Shown here: piece by piece, positions 26,333 to 35,456 of the stretch | Numbering within the stretch: position 1 is the first letter of the stretch | Layout of the letters: each line of letters begins with the position of its first letter | IMG/VR virus record: IMGVR_UViG_3300043024_000042 | Length of the DNA stretch: 64,000 nt | Origin: a virus | Taxonomy: Duplodnaviria > Heunggongvirae > Uroviricota > Caudoviricetes | Reading direction: 5' to 3' (one strand) | Program-made: the position numbers and the translations under genes | Notes under the pieces: model-generated | Database searches by the model: none | The model's input: the letters and a program-made list of their open reading frames with translations, nothing else | What the model was told of the DNA's origin: nothing

Positions 26333-26545
26333 TTAATGCAGAAGTTTCTCAATCTCGAATCGCAACAAGTTTTTAGTGAGAGCCTTGCCTCCACATAACA
26401 CACCATTCAGAATACATGAGAACTCATAACCGGGGATTGGAGCCATGTGGCTTGTAAACGCAATGGCAATGCTGCGCTTATACTTTCCAACCTGCTCATC
26501 GTTGAGGATAATCCTTCCGTCATGTGATAATGTCAAATGATTCAT
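26333..26545 (-). CDS. small hypothetical protein, 71 aa
   Basis: ATG at 26545 (MNHLTLSHDG) downstream of the element at 26553-26570. Confidence 0.4.
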   Translation of the reverse strand: MNHLTLSHDGRIILNDEQVGKYKRSIAIAFTSHMAPIPGYEFSCILNGVLCGGKALTKNLLRFEIEKLLH

Positions 26546-26609
26546 AATACAATGTTTAAATGGGTTAATATCGCAGCCGATGCGGTTACTGCACCGCAAG
26601 GGCTTTCAA

Positions 26610-27005
26610 TCAACATCCGTACTCGCTGATTGCCGTGAGAATCAGGCTGCCGATTTGATTGTACTCTGCTTTAAAGGCTATCTGCTTTAACGAGCCGAAC
26701 GAGCCAAGCAACTTCAAGCAGTAGTCCTTCAAGAACTCGTACTCTTCCACGTACTGAGTCTTATCGCTTACGGAGTGGAGAATCTGCAAGTCGATTACGT
26801 TATCCAACTCGCTTTCAAAGAATCGGTCAAACGTGATGTAGTCATTCAGGTAAACCAAGTAGAGGTTGGTACACCAATTCCCATCGCAATAACTGCGCTC
26901 ACTGCCGTACCTTTCCTGATTTTCCTTGCTGAACTTCTCGCTGCATTGCTTTATGAACTCTGCAACCAGCTGCCCTCTTCTTTTCTTCTTGATGATGAAT
27001 TGCAT
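26610..27005 (-). CDS. hypothetical protein, 132 aa
   Basis: ATG at 27005 (MQFIIKKKRRGQ). Confidence 0.4.
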   Translation of the reverse strand: MQFIIKKKRRGQLVAEFIKQCSEKFSKENQERYGSERSYCDGNWCTNLYLVYLNDYITFDRFFESELDNVIDLQILHSVSDKTQYVEEYEFLKDYCLKLLGSFGSLKQIAFKAEYNQIGSLILTAISEYGC

Positions 27006-27064
27006 ATCTATTAATTTTGGTGAAACATCGTACCCGTCCGCAGTGTCACCCACGGACGGACTTT

Positions 27065-27388
27065 CTACAACTTCGATAGGTTCACTTCATCGAATCTTTT
27101 AAAGAGGGCCTTGATGATGTCGTAGAGGGCAAGTATAGCACCCAGCGTGCATTTCTCATCCTCCGCACTGAACCAAGGTTTCTTTCTCGCGTAACCGTAG
27201 AAACTTTTCAGACATCGCTGCCCAATCTCCGAATCGGCTACCTCCTTCATGGTTATCACATTACCTCCGCTCGTCAGGTACACCCTTAACGCTTTCTCCC
27301 GCAAGTCAAGATGGAGGTTTCCTTTGAACCAAGCGTCCTTGATGAAGTACAAGTACGCTGCCTTTCTTGTTTTTCGTGAGTATATCAT
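27065..27388 (-). CDS. hypothetical protein, 108 aa
   Basis: ATG at 27388 (MIYSRKTRK). Confidence 0.4.
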   Translation of the reverse strand: MIYSRKTRKAAYLYFIKDAWFKGNLHLDLREKALRVYLTSGGNVITMKEVADSEIGQRCLKSFYGYARKKPWFSAEDEKCTLGAILALYDIIKALFKRFDEVNLSKL

Positions 27389-27543
27389 GTCTTTCACTAA
27401 TAATGGTTTACTAATCTTGTAGCCGGGATAGGTATTACCCACATCCCGACCGATGGGATTTATAATCCCGAATCATGCGACAAATGTAGGCGATTAAATT
27501 TGAATCACCAAACAATTAACGCACTTTTAACACGCTTTTATAA

Positions 27544-28212
27544 TTAAGCGACAAAATCATACGGATCACCATTCTCTCGAAATTCAAGATCGCGCTCCTT
27601 TAGTTCTTCCTCCACAAACTCGTCGGTGCTACCGTATTCAATATCACGATTCCATGCTTTAATAAACCCGGAAACCGCCTTTTTAACTAAACTCTCATAG
27701 GTAGTTGTATTATCCGGATGTTTCATCCATTCGACGAACGGTTGTACAAGAGGGTAATCGCAATACAAACCAGTTAACCCACATTCATCATCTTCGTAGT
27801 ATGTGATTCGGCTTGTACGTGTCTTAGTCCTCCCGTCTTTGGCCTGATGCGGCCATAAATAATATTCCTTCATCCCAGATAGCGGGAAGATATTATTCTG
27901 CAAATACCTCCACAGTAACTTGCCATGAAGTTCTCGCAGATATATCGGGGTGTCCGTTCTCTCATCGAAAGAGAATATAAACTCATCGGCATACAGACCA
28001 CTCCACAAGATATTAAAACCGTCATACTCGTCGATTTCCACTCTGTAAAGTCCGAATATTTTTTCAAACTCTTTAAGTGATTCTCTGTAATCGCATCCAA
28101 CAGAGTCGTTGTTAAGTTCAGAAATCTGCTCACGGCTCTTCTTGATGGCTACTTTCTTTGATTTCTCACTCAATTCATTGAAATGGTACACGTTAAATTC
28201 AATCTTTCTCAT
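27544..28212 (-). CDS. hypothetical protein, 222 aa, Tyr/Trp-rich and acidic
   Basis: Upstream element at 28222-28240 plus hairpin. Confidence 0.45.
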   Translation of the reverse strand: MRKIEFNVYHFNELSEKSKKVAIKKSREQISELNNDSVGCDYRESLKEFEKIFGLYRVEIDEYDGFNILWSGLYADEFIFSFDERTDTPIYLRELHGKLLWRYLQNNIFPLSGMKEYYLWPHQAKDGRTKTRTSRITYYEDDECGLTGLYCDYPLVQPFVEWMKHPDNTTTYESLVKKAVSGFIKAWNRDIEYGSTDEFVEEELKERDLEFRENGDPYDFVA

Positions 28213-28286
28213 ATCAATAATTTTTAGGGGTTAAACATTGTCGTGCAGTCAGATTTTATTCTGGCCGCACATTAGGATGCAATCTA

Positions 28287-28598
28287 TCAGTGGCTGAAAT
28301 TAGGGTTATCCTTAATAAACACTAAGGCTACCCAAACATTTTCGGGCTGTACCTTGTTATTTAAGGAAACTACCAATCCATCAAGTTCCATTATGCCTAA
28401 GTTGTGCCCTCTGTTAATATATTCGGCTTCCACTTTGAAAGACTTTTTAAGCCGATTATATAAGTCACTCAAATTGTCGAAACGCTTATCAAAGAACGCA
28501 TCGTCAAAACCTTGCCTGTCGATATCCGCTTGCCCGATTCGCATAGGACATTCAAAGAAATACGGTCTGTAACCGTCTTTTGTCAATAATGTACTCAT
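28287..28598 (-). CDS. hypothetical protein, 103 aa
   Basis: Variant upstream element at 28608-28625. Confidence 0.4.
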   Translation of the reverse strand: MSTLLTKDGYRPYFFECPMRIGQADIDRQGFDDAFFDKRFDNLSDLYNRLKKSFKVEAEYINRGHNLGIMELDGLVVSLNNKVQPENVWVALVFIKDNPNFSH

Positions 28599-28660
28599 GA
28601 TCTAAATGCTTAATTGGTTAATATTGTTACCCGACACGCTGCCACACGTGCCGGATAATG

Positions 28661-29425
28661 TTAGGCTGCGATGCTCATGTACTCATAAGCCGCGTCATAC
28701 ACCTCTTTACACTCTTTCTCTCCGTACTCACTGACAAACCCATCATTCTCTTTAATCCATCCCCAATAGTAGCCGTAGTTTAAGTCGTCGCAGCAATTAG
28801 CGAAGAAGTCGCGCTGCCAAGAATTGCGCTCGTACTTATTGATTAACTCATCCATACGCTCCATACGCTTGACCTCTTCATTATCGCCTGCACGAAGTTC
28901 CTCTATATCCTCGATGAATACGGTGGCATCCTTGCAGTTGTCGTTCTTGACGTGTACCAGGGTAAGATTTTCCCATAACTCATCCTCGATTCCGATTACT
29001 TTGTAGATTCCGTCATAAACATCCTCGGCACCAAATACTCGGACGTAAGCACCAACTTTCAAGAACGGATATTCCGCTCTCAGTCGTCTGTCCTCTTTTA
29101 CCTCTTCGGGGTCGTCCTTGACAAACGGATCCTCGTCGATGTAGTTCCACCAGTAGTCAATCAGGTGGCTATCGTCGTCGTAGTCGTACCAATCTGCCCT
29201 TGCAAAGTCCCCGTCATTCTTGTGGGTATCGTTATACTCATCCGCAATCTTTTGCAGGTAGTCGGTGTACCCTTCAAAGAAGTCAAGAACCGATTCAGTT
29301 GTAAGTTGCAGATTGTTGCGGTAGTCACTGTAATCCATACTGCCAATGCGGACCTGCTTTCTCAACTCAATCAAACCTTTGTCAGTTAAGCAACCATTCT
29401 CGTCAAAATACTCTTTCTTTTCCAT
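28661..29425 (-). CDS. large acidic Trp/Tyr-rich protein, paralogous C-terminal domain to 25399..25830
   Basis: Net charge strongly negative (YDDDSHLIDYWWNYIDEDPF). Upstream element at 29438-29455. Confidence 0.45.
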   Translation of the reverse strand: MEKKEYFDENGCLTDKGLIELRKQVRIGSMDYSDYRNNLQLTTESVLDFFEGYTDYLQKIADEYNDTHKNDGDFARADWYDYDDDSHLIDYWWNYIDEDPFVKDDPEEVKEDRRLRAEYPFLKVGAYVRVFGAEDVYDGIYKVIGIEDELWENLTLVHVKNDNCKDATVFIEDIEELRAGDNEEVKRMERMDELINKYERNSWQRDFFANCCDDLNYGYYWGWIKENDGFVSEYGEKECKEVYDAAYEYMSIAA

Positions 29426-29496
29426 GTCTATAATGTTTTAGGGGTTAATAATCGCTGAGCGGACACTTATTAGAGCAATCCGCCCAAAATTGTAGT

Positions 29497-29850
29497 TTAA
29501 GCTGAGTGATACCTTTTAACATTATTCCATACTAAGTTGGCCCATGTGCTATTCCAGGTAGAGTTTGCATCCTGCTCGGTGAGGAAATTGAAGATGCCCT
29601 CGGCACCATCTATTCCTCGCACGAATGTTTTTCTAACCTGAATCGTAAACTCACGTTTCTCGTCCACTTTTACATCATACGTCCTTGTCTCTCCGTCCTT
29701 GGTGATGGACAGTAGGTTGGGATTTCCGTTGTAGATGGAGATTTGCCAATTCACGTCATGGTAGCCGATGCACTTATGTTGTACTTGGCCATTCTCCATG
29801 GGAATCACTTCAAACTCGTGTTTACGCTCTACAAAATTCATACTTGCCAT
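29497..29850 (-). CDS. hypothetical protein, 118 aa
   Basis: ATG at 29850 (MASMNFVERKH). Upstream element at 29862-29880. Confidence 0.4.
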   Translation of the reverse strand: MASMNFVERKHEFEVIPMENGQVQHKCIGYHDVNWQISIYNGNPNLLSITKDGETRTYDVKVDEKREFTIQVRKTFVRGIDGAEGIFNFLTEQDANSTWNSTWANLVWNNVKRYHSA

Positions 29851-29913
29851 AACTAAATGTATTAGGGTTAATAATTGCTGAGCGCCCACCCGCCAAGGTA
29901 GCCGCCCATAAGT

Positions 29914-30201
29914 TCAGCGTGTTGCCAAGTCAATATTCAACCACGACCTTCTAACATCCGCTTGAATATCCACGTTCCCGTCCAGTGTTCTAAGGTAGAA
30001 GTGCTTTGTGTCCTTGTTAAACCATGTGTCGAATGTGCCACCATTATTCTTCAAACAATGATGAAAAAACTCGTACCGGTTATTCAGGCACTCCATCGCT
30101 TGCTGTTCGTTGTCGAATGTTGTCACTTCGGGTTTGTTAGTCACTCCAAGATAGGTGGAGATAATGACTACACTGAATAATGCTTTTGGATTCATATTCA
30201 T
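29914..30201 (-). CDS. small secreted protein with an N-terminal signal peptide
   Basis: MNMNPKALFSVVIISTYLGVTNKPEV. Upstream element at 30206-30224. Confidence 0.4.
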   Translation of the reverse strand: MNMNPKALFSVVIISTYLGVTNKPEVTTFDNEQQAMECLNNRYEFFHHCLKNNGGTFDTWFNKDTKHFYLRTLDGNVDIQADVRRSWLNIDLATR

Positions 30202-30259
30202 TTTAATTAGGGGTTAATAATCGCAGGCGGAACGTCTGCTAAAACGAACCGCCCATCCA

Positions 30260-30871
30260 TCATTCTTCTTGCCTGCTCTTTGCGATGCACATAGCACAGA
30301 AGTCACGTCCGACCCAGTTCTCGCTCTGATAGTCATAACCGCCCTGAAACTTGATTACGTTGCCAAGGAGGAACGTGTAATACACAACCTTTGGCGATTT
30401 CACGACTTTCATGCGCTCCTCATCGACTTTAAGGGGTTTCTCGCTTTCACGATACGTCTGCGTGAAGAACTGGGCGAAATCGCCATCATCCATGAATTCA
30501 TCAATTCGCAACACCACGTTCACTTCGTACCAACCGCTGTTCCATCTCATTTTCAACTCGCTGTAATCAACAAACTCATGGCGGTGTGCGGTCATAACGT
30601 AGTCTACGGTCTGCAAGACACCTCTCGCACTGCTTATGTCACTCTGCTCTGTCATTGGAAAGGCTTGCATGATTATGCCCAACTTCTTCGGTGTGAGTAT
30701 GTCCGTATCACTTTCACCACCGTAGAACTTAACATAGTACCTGCCGTCCTTAACCATGAAGATTGATGCGCGTACACCTTTCGGCTCGAGGTCGCGATTC
30801 AACTCATTTTCGAGTTTGGCGATTTTCAACTTTCGCTCGAACTCCGCTTTCATTTTCTCAATATCATTCAT
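30260..30871 (-). CDS. hypothetical protein, 203 aa
   Basis: Upstream element at 30880-30897. Confidence 0.45.
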   Translation of the reverse strand: MNDIEKMKAEFERKLKIAKLENELNRDLEPKGVRASIFMVKDGRYYVKFYGGESDTDILTPKKLGIIMQAFPMTEQSDISSARGVLQTVDYVMTAHRHEFVDYSELKMRWNSGWYEVNVVLRIDEFMDDGDFAQFFTQTYRESEKPLKVDEERMKVVKSPKVVYYTFLLGNVIKFQGGYDYQSENWVGRDFCAMCIAKSRQEE

Positions 30872-30935
30872 ACGTTCAATATTAAAGGGTTAAACAATGC
30901 AGGCGACCCGCTTATCAAAGCAAGTCGCCATTCTT

Positions 30936-31277
30936 TTACGAGAATTGGTGAATGTGCTGGCGCAACCATTTTGTTTCATCGGGCCAACTTTGCCCTGCAC
31001 AATAGGTTGCTCTACCATCTAAATCAATCCACAATCGCTCGCATAGTCCACACGATCTATACAAAGTGTATAAGTCGTCTTTCTTTCGCAAATCAATAGT
31101 CTTAGCGAAGAGATTAACAATTTGCGTGCGCGCCTCGTCGGATAGTTGGAAACGCACCCATTTACGCTTTTTTGTGTAAATTGCACCAGCAATAAAGTTA
31201 TGCAGCGTAAGTCTGCCATCTCTCGTTTGTGCGATTAAGCCTTTCAATGTCTTGTAATTCCTTGTAATCATACTCAT
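30936..31277 (-). CDS. hypothetical basic protein, 113 aa
   Basis: Variant upstream element at 31295-31310. Confidence 0.4.
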   Translation of the reverse strand: MSMITRNYKTLKGLIAQTRDGRLTLHNFIAGAIYTKKRKWVRFQLSDEARTQIVNLFAKTIDLRKKDDLYTLYRSCGLCERLWIDLDGRATYCAGQSWPDETKWLRQHIHQFS

Positions 31278-31355
31278 TTGAATTTAGTGAAACATAGGGT
31301 TAATATAGTAGCCGTGCAGATAGTTAAACCTGCATGGCCTAAGTCTGAATACAAA

Positions 31356-31784
31356 TTAGAGGTAATCCGGAATAAATTCAAGAAGTTCCTTGATAGACGT
31401 GGAATCATCGTTTAAATCATGTTCCAAATCCTCTCTGTACTTATTAATTTCGGAAGGTTGGAGGTTGCGTAAAATATCCCAAAGGAATTTGCGCTTTTCC
31501 TTTCGTTCGGTCGGCATCAGGTCGTTCTCCCACATATCGGGATTGCAATCCATGCCCCAATCTTCAAAAAGTCTGCGTTTCGCTCCAAAGCTTAAAAGTC
31601 GCGCGGAGTGTACCTTGCAGTACAAACTTACGATTTTAAAGACTTTATTTAAGCGCCCGTTCTCATTTTGTGTCCGAAAATTGAGACACCCGTAATCACG
31701 CAGTGCCAAATCATAATGTAATTCCTTAATGCGCTTTTCCTGCTCCAGCAGTTCGCGCGGAGTTCTTTTCCTTATCATACTCAT
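31356..31784 (-). CDS. hypothetical protein, 142 aa
   Basis: Upstream element at 31790-31808. Confidence 0.4.
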   Translation of the reverse strand: MSMIRKRTPRELLEQEKRIKELHYDLALRDYGCLNFRTQNENGRLNKVFKIVSLYCKVHSARLLSFGAKRRLFEDWGMDCNPDMWENDLMPTERKEKRKFLWDILRNLQPSEINKYREDLEHDLNDDSTSIKELLEFIPDYL

Positions 31785-31842
31785 TCATTTTAGGGTTAAT
31801 AATGCAGGCCCGCGGGTTGTCACACCACGTCGGGCCGTTCGC

Positions 31843-32103
31843 TCATCGAACGTGAAGGTTAACTTCCTGGATCGTATACAAGTTCTCGATACCATCCTTG
31901 AACTTAAAGGTGGCGCACCACGTTTCTTTATCGTAGTGGCCTACACCGTCGTTAAAGTCGTGACCGAGTTGCTCCAGCAAGTTCCGGATATACTCTTCGG
32001 CAAGTTCCAATTCACCAAAGCGTTCGCGCCAACATTCATCCCATGTACGGGAATCGGGGTCGTAGGTTTCCTCTATCACCTCGTAGATTTTCTTAATAGT
32101 CAT
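31843..32103 (-). CDS. small acidic protein, 87 aa
   Basis: ATG at 32103 (MTIKKIYEVIEETYDPD). Upstream element at 32112-32130. Confidence 0.4.
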   Translation of the reverse strand: MTIKKIYEVIEETYDPDSRTWDECWRERFGELELAEEYIRNLLEQLGHDFNDGVGHYDKETWCATFKFKDGIENLYTIQEVNLHVR

Positions 32104-32167
32104 AATGTTTGCTTTTAAAGGGTTAATAGTCGATGCCGCCCACCAAAGGGCAGGCACCGGAGGTCGT

Positions 32168-32497
32168 TCAGGCGAAATAAATCTGGCACATATTGTTCGC
32201 ATTACGGAAATAGTGCAGTGAATCACGGAACGGATCCATGATTCGTTTCACCCGCTCGCTGTCCTGCTTGCAGATTTTCACGATGATATTGCTCAGGGAA
32301 CGCACCCTGAATTCGAGAATGGCGGAACGCTTGTGCAGTTGACGGTAGTCGTTCAGCGTTTTCTTACACACGCTCGCTCTGCGCAAATTGTTCAGTGAAT
32401 TGGTCACGCTCTCAATCTCATCATACATTCTGTCCATCACAGCCAGGGCACGGCGCTCGTTGAACGTCATACCCGATTCGTCAATCTTTCTATTCAT
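32168..32497 (-). CDS. hypothetical protein, 109 aa
   Basis: Variant upstream element at 32505-32525. Confidence 0.4.
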   Translation of the reverse strand: MNRKIDESGMTFNERRALAVMDRMYDEIESVTNSLNNLRRASVCKKTLNDYRQLHKRSAILEFRVRSLSNIIVKICKQDSERVKRIMDPFRDSLHYFRNANNMCQIYFA

Positions 32498-32664
32498 ATC
32501 TATAAATTTTATTGGTTAATTATCGTACTCCGTGATTGTTTTACCAATAACACGGAGCTGGGGTTAATCAGAGGTCGAAAATCGGACTCCACTCAAAACT
32601 ATCTTCCAGTTCGGGAAGGTACACCAAATTACCGTTCATTACCATTTCCGCGTTCATAATCCGT

Positions 32665-32817
32665 TCACTTTAAAGATTCCACATAACACATTACACTCAC
32701 ACTGCCAAAGAAACACAGCAGGAATACGGCCGCGCTTACATAGGAATTACCGAATAAGGGTGTTGCGAGAATACCCAGGGCGAGCAGATAACGCACGCAG
32801 TTCATAAACTTCTTCAT
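32665..32817 (-). CDS. small membrane protein, 50 aa, not in the ORF track
   Basis: ATG at 32817 six nt downstream of the element at 32823-32842. MKKFMNCVRYLLALGILATPLFGNSYVSAAVFLLCFFGSV. Confidence 0.4.
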   Translation of the reverse strand: MKKFMNCVRYLLALGILATPLFGNSYVSAAVFLLCFFGSVSVMCYVESLK

Positions 32818-32881
32818 ATCATTTGTTTTTAGGGGTTAATAATCGCACCGCGGGGAATTGTCGTACTCACCCGCGGCCATC

Positions 32882-33160
32882 TTAGCAAGGGCGCCAGCCG
32901 TTTCTCGTCTGCCAGTAGGCCGATTCAATCAAATATTCAGCCAGATTGTTCGCCGCCTCTTTCATCTCGCCCTCATCGGGTCGCTCATCGCACATGGGCA
33001 CGGCATCTGCAATCATCTGGCGAACTTTCAACATTCGCGCCACGGCTCGTTTTACCGGATTCTCGCCTCTTACAATCTGTTTTGCCAAGAGGAATATCAC
33101 ACGGTCCATCCGGGCCTCAAACTTACGGTCGTTCGTGACCACTACACTCAGTACTTCCAT
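32882..33160 (-). CDS. hypothetical protein, 92 aa
   Basis: Upstream element at 33168-33188. Confidence 0.4.
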   Translation of the reverse strand: MEVLSVVVTNDRKFEARMDRVIFLLAKQIVRGENPVKRAVARMLKVRQMIADAVPMCDERPDEGEMKEAANNLAEYLIESAYWQTRNGWRPC

Positions 33161-33226
33161 ATCATTTAATTTTAGGGGTTAATAATGTATCCGTGTGAAT
33201 TATCGTACTCACACGGAATTCTCGTA

Positions 33227-33448
33227 CTACGGAGGCAGGCCTATCAAGTCGGTTTCCCTGAACTTGTAGGCCGCAAGCAATTCCCGTACATCTTTACTCA
33301 GTTCAACCCGTGGAATCATAATGAATTCGTTCGGCTGAACACGCAGCTCAACCACCTTAATAAGGTAGTGCAGGACAAAAGCCAGATCACTCGTGGAAAT
33401 CTGACTTGCTTTTACTCTGTACGCTTTTCTCGTACTCATTCGTATCAC
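33227..33448 (-). CDS. hypothetical protein, about 71 aa
   Basis: GTG at 33448, or ATG at 33439. Variant upstream element at 33455-33475. Confidence 0.35.
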   Translation of the reverse strand: MIRMSTRKAYRVKASQISTSDLAFVLHYLIKVVELRVQPNEFIMIPRVELSKDVRELLAAYKFRETDLIGLPP

Positions 33449-33533
33449 ATCTATTTTAAGGGTATTTTAAGGCCCGCCAGTGAGTTTTCACACTCAAAGG
33501 CGGTAAAGTGTACGCGCGGGGAATAAAACGCGC

Positions 33534-33830
33534 TTAAATCGCAGTTTTCAGCCGTGCGTAATTACGTTTCGCCTCGTTCAGGCCGTTTGCCAGTTCGCAG
33601 ATTCTTCTTGCAAGGTTCTTGCAAGCGTTCTCCACCTCGTAGGGCGCAACCTGTTCGGGTATCCGTTCGATGAAATCATCTACAATCGCATGAAGTTGGT
33701 TGAATCGTGAAACGGTGCGCGCGTTCATTACGCTGCCGCCCTCTTCGATTTTGATCGCTACGTACTCAATGATTCTCATAATGCGGCCCATGTAGTTACC
33801 GCTCTTCCAGATTCTTTCTTCGATTTTCAT
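33534..33830 (-). CDS. hypothetical protein, 98 aa
   Basis: Upstream element at 33838-33858. Confidence 0.4.
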   Translation of the reverse strand: MKIEERIWKSGNYMGRIMRIIEYVAIKIEEGGSVMNARTVSRFNQLHAIVDDFIERIPEQVAPYEVENACKNLARRICELANGLNEAKRNYARLKTAI

Positions 33831-33899
33831 ATCATTTAATTTTAGGGGTTAATAGTGCAGCCCTGCCGGTTGTCACACCATGCAGGGCCGAAGAAAGAT

Positions 33900-34025
33900 T
33901 TACGCTATCTTTGCAACCGTCCAGTTCAAAGATTCTGCATACTCACTCAACACGTTTTTATCCGTGTCAATCATTCTCACTTGATTCTGTTCGTCCAGGA
34001 GTCCGAATAATTCATTTTGTTTCAT
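33900..34025 (-). CDS. small protein, 41 aa, not in the ORF track
   Basis: ATG at 34025 directly downstream of the element at 34030-34048. MKQNELFGLLDEQNQVRMIDTDKNVLSEYAESLNWTVAKIA. Confidence 0.35.
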   Translation of the reverse strand: MKQNELFGLLDEQNQVRMIDTDKNVLSEYAESLNWTVAKIA

Positions 34026-34093
34026 ATCACAAATTTTTAGGGGTTAAACAATAAGTAAGCGAACCACCGGTAAGAGTGATTCGCTTTAATCGT

Positions 34094-34405
34094 TCAGGCG
34101 ATTTTTACTTTGATTCCATGCGCCTGGAGTTGTTCGGCTGTAAAACCGTATCGAATGATTTTCTTTTTAAGTGATTCGATAAAACACTTCTTTTGATAGT
34201 CAAACTCTTCTTGATCCAGTTGCCCGTTCAAAAATCGTTCGCGCGCACCTTTCAGCGTATCGTAGTCAATAACCGCTGAAAGCAGATTAATTTCAGGCGA
34301 GCCGAATTCAAGGTGTTTTCGTTCGCCCCGCTCGTTCGGCTCGTTTGCGGCACGGCGCAAATTCATCTTTGCTTTTCGCTCGTACCAGTCCATCATTCCT
34401 AACAT
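34094..34405 (-). CDS. hypothetical protein, 103 aa; first gene of the minus-strand block next to the candidate origin
   Basis: Upstream element at 34412-34432. Confidence 0.4.
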   Translation of the reverse strand: MLGMMDWYERKAKMNLRRAANEPNERGERKHLEFGSPEINLLSAVIDYDTLKGARERFLNGQLDQEEFDYQKKCFIESLKKKIIRYGFTAEQLQAHGIKVKIA

Positions 34406-34435
34406 ATCATTTAATTTTAGGGGTTAATACTAAAT

Positions 34436-35456
34436 CGTTCGGCCGGATCGTTCATTTAACAAAACCGTTCATCAACCGTTCGGCCACAATGAACCCGCCG
34501 CCGGTGCAAACCAGTAGCGGGCAAACCTATTTCATTTTCACAAAATCGTAGGGGCAAAATGTTTGATAGCGCCGTTAACCCTACGGCAAAACACCTTGCA
34601 GGGCGCCCCTGTTTTCGCAAATTAGAGCGCCTAATTAGATATGATATATACCGCGGTGTAGCCTGAGCCACACCACGGCGGGGATTATACGGGCCACGGG
34701 CGCGCGTGCCCAAATAAAAAGTTATCATAATAAAATGCACATATATCAACCGCACATATATCAACCACACGGGCACGAACTACCCGGCCGTATATTTCAG
34801 CCCCCCGCTCCGCTACATAATAACCCGGTACCGATACACCACGTTTCCACCTTTCGATCATCCAGCACATTCACCACCGCACCCCCATCTAAATCGACTT
34901 GTATACGGCCGCACGTTGTGCGCGCCCTTGTATATAGTATCTCTTTATCCGGTGCCCACCACCACCGAAGTGGCGGAGGGTTAAGCAAATAGCGCTTATC
35001 CCGTCACCTTGTCAGTACGTGGGGCACGCTATTTGTCAAGTGTTTAAGTGGGTAGCACCTGGGGCAGCACGGACTCCCCGGGGACTTTTAGTTATTATTA
35101 CACTTTGTTTTTCAGGCCGACCCCATCAAGTGGGGCCCCTTTGATGTCAGTCCGACGGGCAAACCACGGCGCCCAACTCGTGGGCAGTTGTGGGCTACTT
35201 AGCAACCAGCAACCAGCTCCGGGCACGTCTAAGCGGGTAGCTAGGCCGCCCCACGTTGTGGGCGCGGCACCCCGCAAGGAAGTACCAGGACATGAGCAAC
35301 CCCGCACGTTGTGCGGCAGTATGCAACCGGAGGCGGTGACCTTTGGCCATCCGTCAGTAATAGAGCGCTTTTTTTTTGATAGTTGGCGGGCGGGGAGTCG
35401 GACCCCGCAGAAGAGCACCGGCACCGCCAGAGCCGCACGAGGCGGCAGGGCCTATA
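34436..35456. promoter_or_regulatory. repeat-rich non-coding region: candidate replication origin or regulatory hub
   Basis: CGTTC repeated 4 times at roughly 11-bp spacing (34440-34495). A 13-bp tandem repeat GCACATATATCAACC occurs twice (34737-34764) beside an AT-rich stretch. CACGTTGTG occurs 3 times (34912, 35246, 35306). GGGCACG occurs 3 times. Several GC hairpins and a T9 run at 35369-35377. The only ORFs here are overlapping ones typical of GC-rich non-coding DNA. Confidence 0.35.

Noticed and set aside
22861-34435. Reading the GC hairpins upstream of each early gene as classical rho-independent terminators
   Set aside because: None is followed by a U tract on either strand. They are reported as conserved hairpins of unknown role (attenuator, processing site or protein-binding), not as terminators.
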